From Spirochaetia bacterium (GTDB taxonomy: Bacteria > Spirochaetota > Spirochaetia > CAKZLE01), in the NCBI GenBank assembly GCA_963677595.1, contig OY782041.1, positions 3,680,001 to 3,744,000 of the forward strand: a stretch of DNA of 64,000 nucleotides. The letters are read 5' to 3'. This document shows, one piece after another, positions 59,829-64,000 of this stretch. The translations under genes and the position numbers were made by a program. Below the pieces are notes generated by a model. It was given only the letters and a program-made list of their open reading frames with translations, searched no databases and had not been told where the DNA came from. Position 1 is the first letter of the stretch, and the number at the start of each line of letters is the position of its first letter.

Positions 59829-61499
59829 TCAATCCCATAGTTCGATATGATACTTGTATCCCTGTTCGGTGAGGAACTTCTGCCTGTTCGAGGCGAACTC
59901 CTCCTCGACGGAATACCTGGTCACCAGTGAATAGAAATGCGAACCGTGCTCTTTCGGCCTGAGCACACGCCCGAGCCGCTGGGCCTCCTCCTGCCGTGAG
60001 CCGAAGGTGCCGGAGATCTGGATCGCTACCGATGCATCCGGTAAGTCGATGGCGAAGTTTGCCACCTTCGAGACGATCAGTATCCTCTGTTTCCCCTCCC
60101 GGAAGGCGTTGAAGAGCTCGTCCCGCTTCTTGTTCGGTGTCGAACCGGTGATCACGGGGATGCCGAGGGTCTTCGAGAGGTCGTTCAGCTGGGAGAGGTA
60201 CTGCCCGATGATGAGGATGTACTCATCAGCATGGTTGCTGATGAGCTGCTTGATCACCGGGTTCTTCAGGGGGTTCTCGGAGGCGATCCGGAACTTCTCC
60301 CGCTTGGAGCCTATCGCATAGTCGATATCGAGGGACTCGTCGAGCGGGATGCGGATCTCGTAGCAGTGAGCCTCGGCGATCCAGCCCTTCTGCTCGAGTT
60401 CCCTCCAGGGGATGTCATACCGCTTCGGGCCGACGAGAGAGAAGACCTCGTCCTCACGGCCATCCTCCCTGACGAGGGTAGCCGTGAGCCCGACCCGGTG
60501 CATCGACTGGATCTCGGCGGTCACCTTGAATACGGGAGCCGGGAGCATATGGACCTCATCATAGATGACCAGTCCCCAGTTATGGTCCTTGAAGATGGAG
60601 AAGTGGGGGAAGTCACTTACTTTGTCCTTGCGCCAGGTGAGGATCTGGTAGGTGCACACCGTGATATCGCGGATGACCTTCCGGTCCCCGGAATATTCTC
60701 CGATCTCATCCCTGGTGAGGGAGGTCTTGTCTATGAGCTCATTGATCCATTGATGGACAGCGGCGACGTTGGTCGTGAGGATCAGGGTCTTCGTCTTCAG
60801 CGCATGGATGATATTGATCCCCACGATGGTCTTCCCCGACCCGCAGGGCAGCACGATGGTACCATAGCCCGTCCCGGGGCTGGAGTCCCCGATCACGGCA
60901 TCGCGTGCCTCGTCCTGGTAGCCCCGGAGGATGAAGGGGTAGCCTGAGATCGTCTGTTCCCGCAGGGAGAGCTCGATCGGGTCTCCCTGCTTCAGGGGGA
61001 TCCGGTCATCCACGGGATAGCCGAGCTTGATGAGCAGCAGCTTCACCGTTCCCCGGTCATAGGCGTTGAGGAAGAACCCCTCCTCCCCGATGGTCAGGTA
61101 TTCCATGACATTGGGGCGGTGCATGATCTCCTGGAAGGTCCGCTCCTCGAGGACCGAGAGGAAATACCGGTCTGGTTCCTCATCGATAGGGTAGAGGATG
61201 ATCGACCCGTAGCGTGAGATGATGTCGGTGACCGAGAACTTCACGTTCTCCGGGACCGGGTACCGTGACCAATAGGTAAGCCTCTCGATGATCTCCTCCG
61301 AGGAGAAGCCGGCAGAGGCTGCGTTCCAGAGGGAGATGGGGGTGATCGTGAAGGTATGGATATGTTCAGGTGACTTGATCAGCTCGCTGAACGGGAGGAT
61401 CGCGTTCCTGGCATCATTGAACGAAGGAGAATGTACTTCCAGCAGCATGGTGTTGTCACTCTGGATGATGAGGGGACGGTCATACGTGTTCTGTTCCAT
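59829..61499 (-). CDS. DNA repair helicase XPB (Rad25/ERCC3-like)
   Basis: PLIIQSDNTMLLEV, KSPEHIHT, LPCGSGKT, DEVH, GLTAT, GSRQEEAQRLGR. Confidence 0.95.
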   Translation of the reverse strand: MEQNTYDRPLIIQSDNTMLLEVHSPSFNDARNAILPFSELIKSPEHIHTFTITPISLWNAASAGFSSEEIIERLTYWSRYPVPENVKFSVTDIISRYGSIILYPIDEEPDRYFLSVLEERTFQEIMHRPNVMEYLTIGEEGFFLNAYDRGTVKLLLIKLGYPVDDRIPLKQGDPIELSLREQTISGYPFILRGYQDEARDAVIGDSSPGTGYGTIVLPCGSGKTIVGINIIHALKTKTLILTTNVAAVHQWINELIDKTSLTRDEIGEYSGDRKVIRDITVCTYQILTWRKDKVSDFPHFSIFKDHNWGLVIYDEVHMLPAPVFKVTAEIQSMHRVGLTATLVREDGREDEVFSLVGPKRYDIPWRELEQKGWIAEAHCYEIRIPLDESLDIDYAIGSKREKFRIASENPLKNPVIKQLISNHADEYILIIGQYLSQLNDLSKTLGIPVITGSTPNKKRDELFNAFREGKQRILIVSKVANFAIDLPDASVAIQISGTFGSRQEEAQRLGRVLRPKEHGSHFYSLVTRYSVEEEFASNRQKFLTEQGYKYHIELWD

Positions 61500-61563
61500 A
61501 TCAGTACATAGTATCCTGCGGGGGTGAAAAAATCAACCGGAATGGAACGTTCGTAAAGATAGA

Positions 61564-61590
61564 ACAGCCGCTGCACGGGGCAGCGGCTGG
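61564..61590 (-). terminator. Hairpin downstream of hflC
   Basis: CAGCCGCTGC-ACGGG-GCAGCGGCTG inverted repeat. Confidence 0.65.
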
Positions 61591-61617
61591 TGTTGGTTCG
61601 ATTACGAAAACGGTGTG

Positions 61618-62601
61618 TTAGTTCCCAACCTCGGAAGAGTAGATGTACCTGAAGTAGTCCATGTCGGTAGACAGGGTCTTCGGCAGGTCCGTGATGGAGT
61701 TCTTGTAGGAATCGAGTGTGATCCAGAACTCGAAGAAGTCGGTATCAGCCTCATAGGCGTCCGCGTAGATCCGGGTAGCCTCGGCGTCTGCCGTACCCTT
61801 GATCTCCTCTGATGTGGCATATGCCTCGGAGATGATCTTCTTCTTGTCATTGTCGAGCTTACCGACCCACTCAGCGAGCTGGCCCTCACCGTAGGAACGG
61901 TAGGCCTCGGCGATCTGGTTTCGCTCCTTGATCATCCTGTTATAGACACTCTCGGTGAGGTCGTCAGAGTACCTGATCTGCCTGATGATGATATCGATGA
62001 GCTCGATGCCGTATTCACTGGTGAAGGTCGATGCGTACTTGAACATCTCCTCGGAGAGGTCGCTTCGACCCTTCTCGATCTCGGCATAGTTGACCGTCGT
62101 GGCGGTGAGGTTGCGCAGCTGCTCGGCATCGCCGAGATCCTCTGACTGGACCTGCTCGCTCACCTGGATGGTGTTGATCTTGTTCGTGGTACGAACAGCC
62201 TCGTTGAGGTAGTTCTCCGAGATGATCGTCCTGACCGCGGAGTCGACTACGTCATCAAGACGTGCATACCCCTGGGTGATCGTGGTGACCGATTCGTAGA
62301 ACTTCATCGGGTCGGTGATCTTCCACCTTGCGGTCGTGTCGACCCAGATGAACTGGTTCTCCTTGGTCGGGATCCTCTGAGAGTCGCCGTCCCAGGAGAG
62401 TATCTTCTTGGGATAGATCACGACGTTGTCGATGATCGGTGCCTTGAACTTGAGCCCGGCGGTCGTGGCGGTCTGCTGGATCGCCCCGAAACGGGTCACG
62501 ACGGACTGTTCACCCTCTTCGAGGATGTAGAACGGCCCGAGCAGGACCAGGATGATGAGCAGGACAGCTACGATGACGAGTGCAGTGATCAGTTTCTTCA
62601 T
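61618..62601 (-). CDS. hflC: FtsH protease modulator HflC
   Basis: N-terminal TM, VVTRFG, GLKFKAP, VYNRMIKER, YRSYG, DAEATRIYA. Confidence 0.92.
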   Translation of the reverse strand: MKKLITALVIVAVLLIILVLLGPFYILEEGEQSVVTRFGAIQQTATTAGLKFKAPIIDNVVIYPKKILSWDGDSQRIPTKENQFIWVDTTARWKITDPMKFYESVTTITQGYARLDDVVDSAVRTIISENYLNEAVRTTNKINTIQVSEQVQSEDLGDAEQLRNLTATTVNYAEIEKGRSDLSEEMFKYASTFTSEYGIELIDIIIRQIRYSDDLTESVYNRMIKERNQIAEAYRSYGEGQLAEWVGKLDNDKKKIISEAYATSEEIKGTADAEATRIYADAYEADTDFFEFWITLDSYKNSITDLPKTLSTDMDYFRYIYSSEVGN

Positions 62602-63572
62602 GGTGTGCCTCCTGGTGTGAGATTCTGCAGCGGGAGGAAGTTCTCGAGGTTCTTGTCGATGATCGTCGTGTTCCCGCTCGAGAGGATCGATTCCATGGTC
62701 TCGACATAGAGACGCTTGCTCGTGACCTTCTTGCTCTCATTGTAGGCTTCCCGCACGGAGTTGAACCTGGCGACATCACCCTTTGCCTGGTTGATACGCT
62801 CGGAAGAGTACCCCTGTGCATACTGGATCTGCTGGGCGGCTTCACCCCGGGCTTTCGGGATCTCGCTGTTGTACTGCTCCTTACCTTCGTTGATCAGGCG
62901 GTTCATGTCCTGGATGGCCTTGTTGACATCCTCGAAGGCGTCCTGGACCTCGCCGACAGGCGGTACGATGTTCTTCAGCTTGACGGTCACGATATTGATC
63001 CCCAGGCCGTAGCTGTCGAGGACCTCCTGCATCCTCGTCTGGGCTGAATCCTCGATGTTGGTCCTGGATGTTCCCATGACCGAGAGGATCGGCAGGTCTC
63101 CGACGAGCTCGTTGATGACCGACTGGCTGATATCCCTGATGGTCGAGGTCTTGTCCTCGACATTGAACAGCCAGGCGTACGGGTCGTCGATCTTGTACTG
63201 GATGACCCATTCGACATCGATGATGTTCAGGTCCCCGGTCAGCATGACGGACTCCTCGGGATAGTCCCGCTGGTCATAGATCGTATTGATCCCTGACTGT
63301 TCGGTCCTGAACCCGAAACTCATATTCTGCACTACCTGTGTAGGTACATTATAACTCTTCTCCAGCCCAAGCGGTATCTTGAACTGAAGCCCCGGCCCCA
63401 CGACCCTATTGAACCTGCCGAACCTGAGCACGACGCTCTGCTCGGTCTGGTCCACGACGAAGAAACTGCTCAGGAACAGGGCAACGACTGCCACTGCCAC
63501 GATAACCAGTATGATGATCTTCGGCTGTATAGAGAAATTCCTTGGGGACGGAGTGGTGTTGCGTTCCAGCAT
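62598..63572 (-). CDS. hflK: FtsH protease modulator HflK
   Basis: VVLRFGRF..VGPGL, MLTGDLNI, VQDAFEDV, IPKARGEA, RLYVETME. Confidence 0.93.
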   Translation of the reverse strand: MLERNTTPSPRNFSIQPKIIILVIVAVAVVALFLSSFFVVDQTEQSVVLRFGRFNRVVGPGLQFKIPLGLEKSYNVPTQVVQNMSFGFRTEQSGINTIYDQRDYPEESVMLTGDLNIIDVEWVIQYKIDDPYAWLFNVEDKTSTIRDISQSVINELVGDLPILSVMGTSRTNIEDSAQTRMQEVLDSYGLGINIVTVKLKNIVPPVGEVQDAFEDVNKAIQDMNRLINEGKEQYNSEIPKARGEAAQQIQYAQGYSSERINQAKGDVARFNSVREAYNESKKVTSKRLYVETMESILSSGNTTIIDKNLENFLPLQNLTPGGTP

Positions 63573-63737
63573 AACTCCTCCTAACGTCTTAATACCCTAA
63601 AGTGTACTGCTGTGGGTAGAGAGAGTCAAGTTGACCATGAAAATAATCTGTCGCTGTATGCGTTCGACCTTGTTTTATGGTATAGTGAGACAATTCATGA
63701 GGGATCACCTTCAAAAACCAGAGGATTGGGAGTACCT

Positions 63738-64000
63738 GTGTTCTTAAAGAGTGTCGAACTGTTCGGATTCAAGTCATTCGCTGACCGGAGCAAGCTGGAT
63801 TTCTCCAGCGGCATCACTGCGCTGCTCGGGCCGAACGGCTGCGGGAAGTCCAATATCGTGGACAGCATCAAGTGGGTGCTCGGCGAGCAGTCGATGAAGA
63901 CGCTCAGGGCTGGGAAGCTCGAGGACGTCATATTCAACGGGACCGAGAGCCGGAGTAAGCTCAATGTCGCAGAGGTGAACCTCATCATCTCGAACGAGAG
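63738..64000 (+). CDS. smc: Chromosome segregation protein SMC, 5' part (runs off window)
   Basis: GTG start; [15 protein letters not shown]...[42 protein letters not shown]. Confidence 0.93.
   Translation, partial: MFLKSVELFGFKSFADRSKLDFSSGITALLGPNGCGKSNIVDSIKWVLGEQSMKTLRAGKLEDVIFNGTESRSKLNVAEVNLIISNE

Noticed and set aside
41434-61590. Loosely similar GCCGCTG...CGGCTGG hairpins at about 41436 and 61565 as a possible REP family
   Set aside because: Only two imperfect copies, both at gene ends; adequately explained as terminators

Overview
Chromosomal window from a spirochaete (Spirochaetota, probably a Spirochaetales/Sphaerochaetaceae-type lineage; inferred from gene order rpsF-ssb-rpsR-DUF2232-rplI-dnaB, rpsB-tsf-frr-uppS-cdsA-dxr-rseP, stand-alone groES, an XPB pair, a PUR-domain gene and an AroD-AroE fusion). 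The right half (35.7-64 kb) is core housekeeping. The left half mixes core genes (sigma factor, ppdK, tsaD, apt, five tRNAs) with accessory genes (TRAP/oxidoreductase operon, GNATs, pirin operon, GGDEF, orphan antitoxins, a low-GC nucleotidyltransferase). I saw no CRISPR array, integrase or transposase. Best leads: (1) an operon encoding a HEPN(Rx4H)-CBS fusion, a 2H phosphoesterase and a PHP phosphoesterase; (2) at least seven genes with leaderless promoter-to-ATG geometry; (3) a sigma-54 -24/-12 promoter in front of a short sigma-70-family gene; (4) small genes missing from the ORF track (bS22-like ribosomal protein, CTG-start ORF coupled to tsaD, DUF2798-like ORF behind an ATG-TAA). All family calls come from motif recognition by eye, not database searches.
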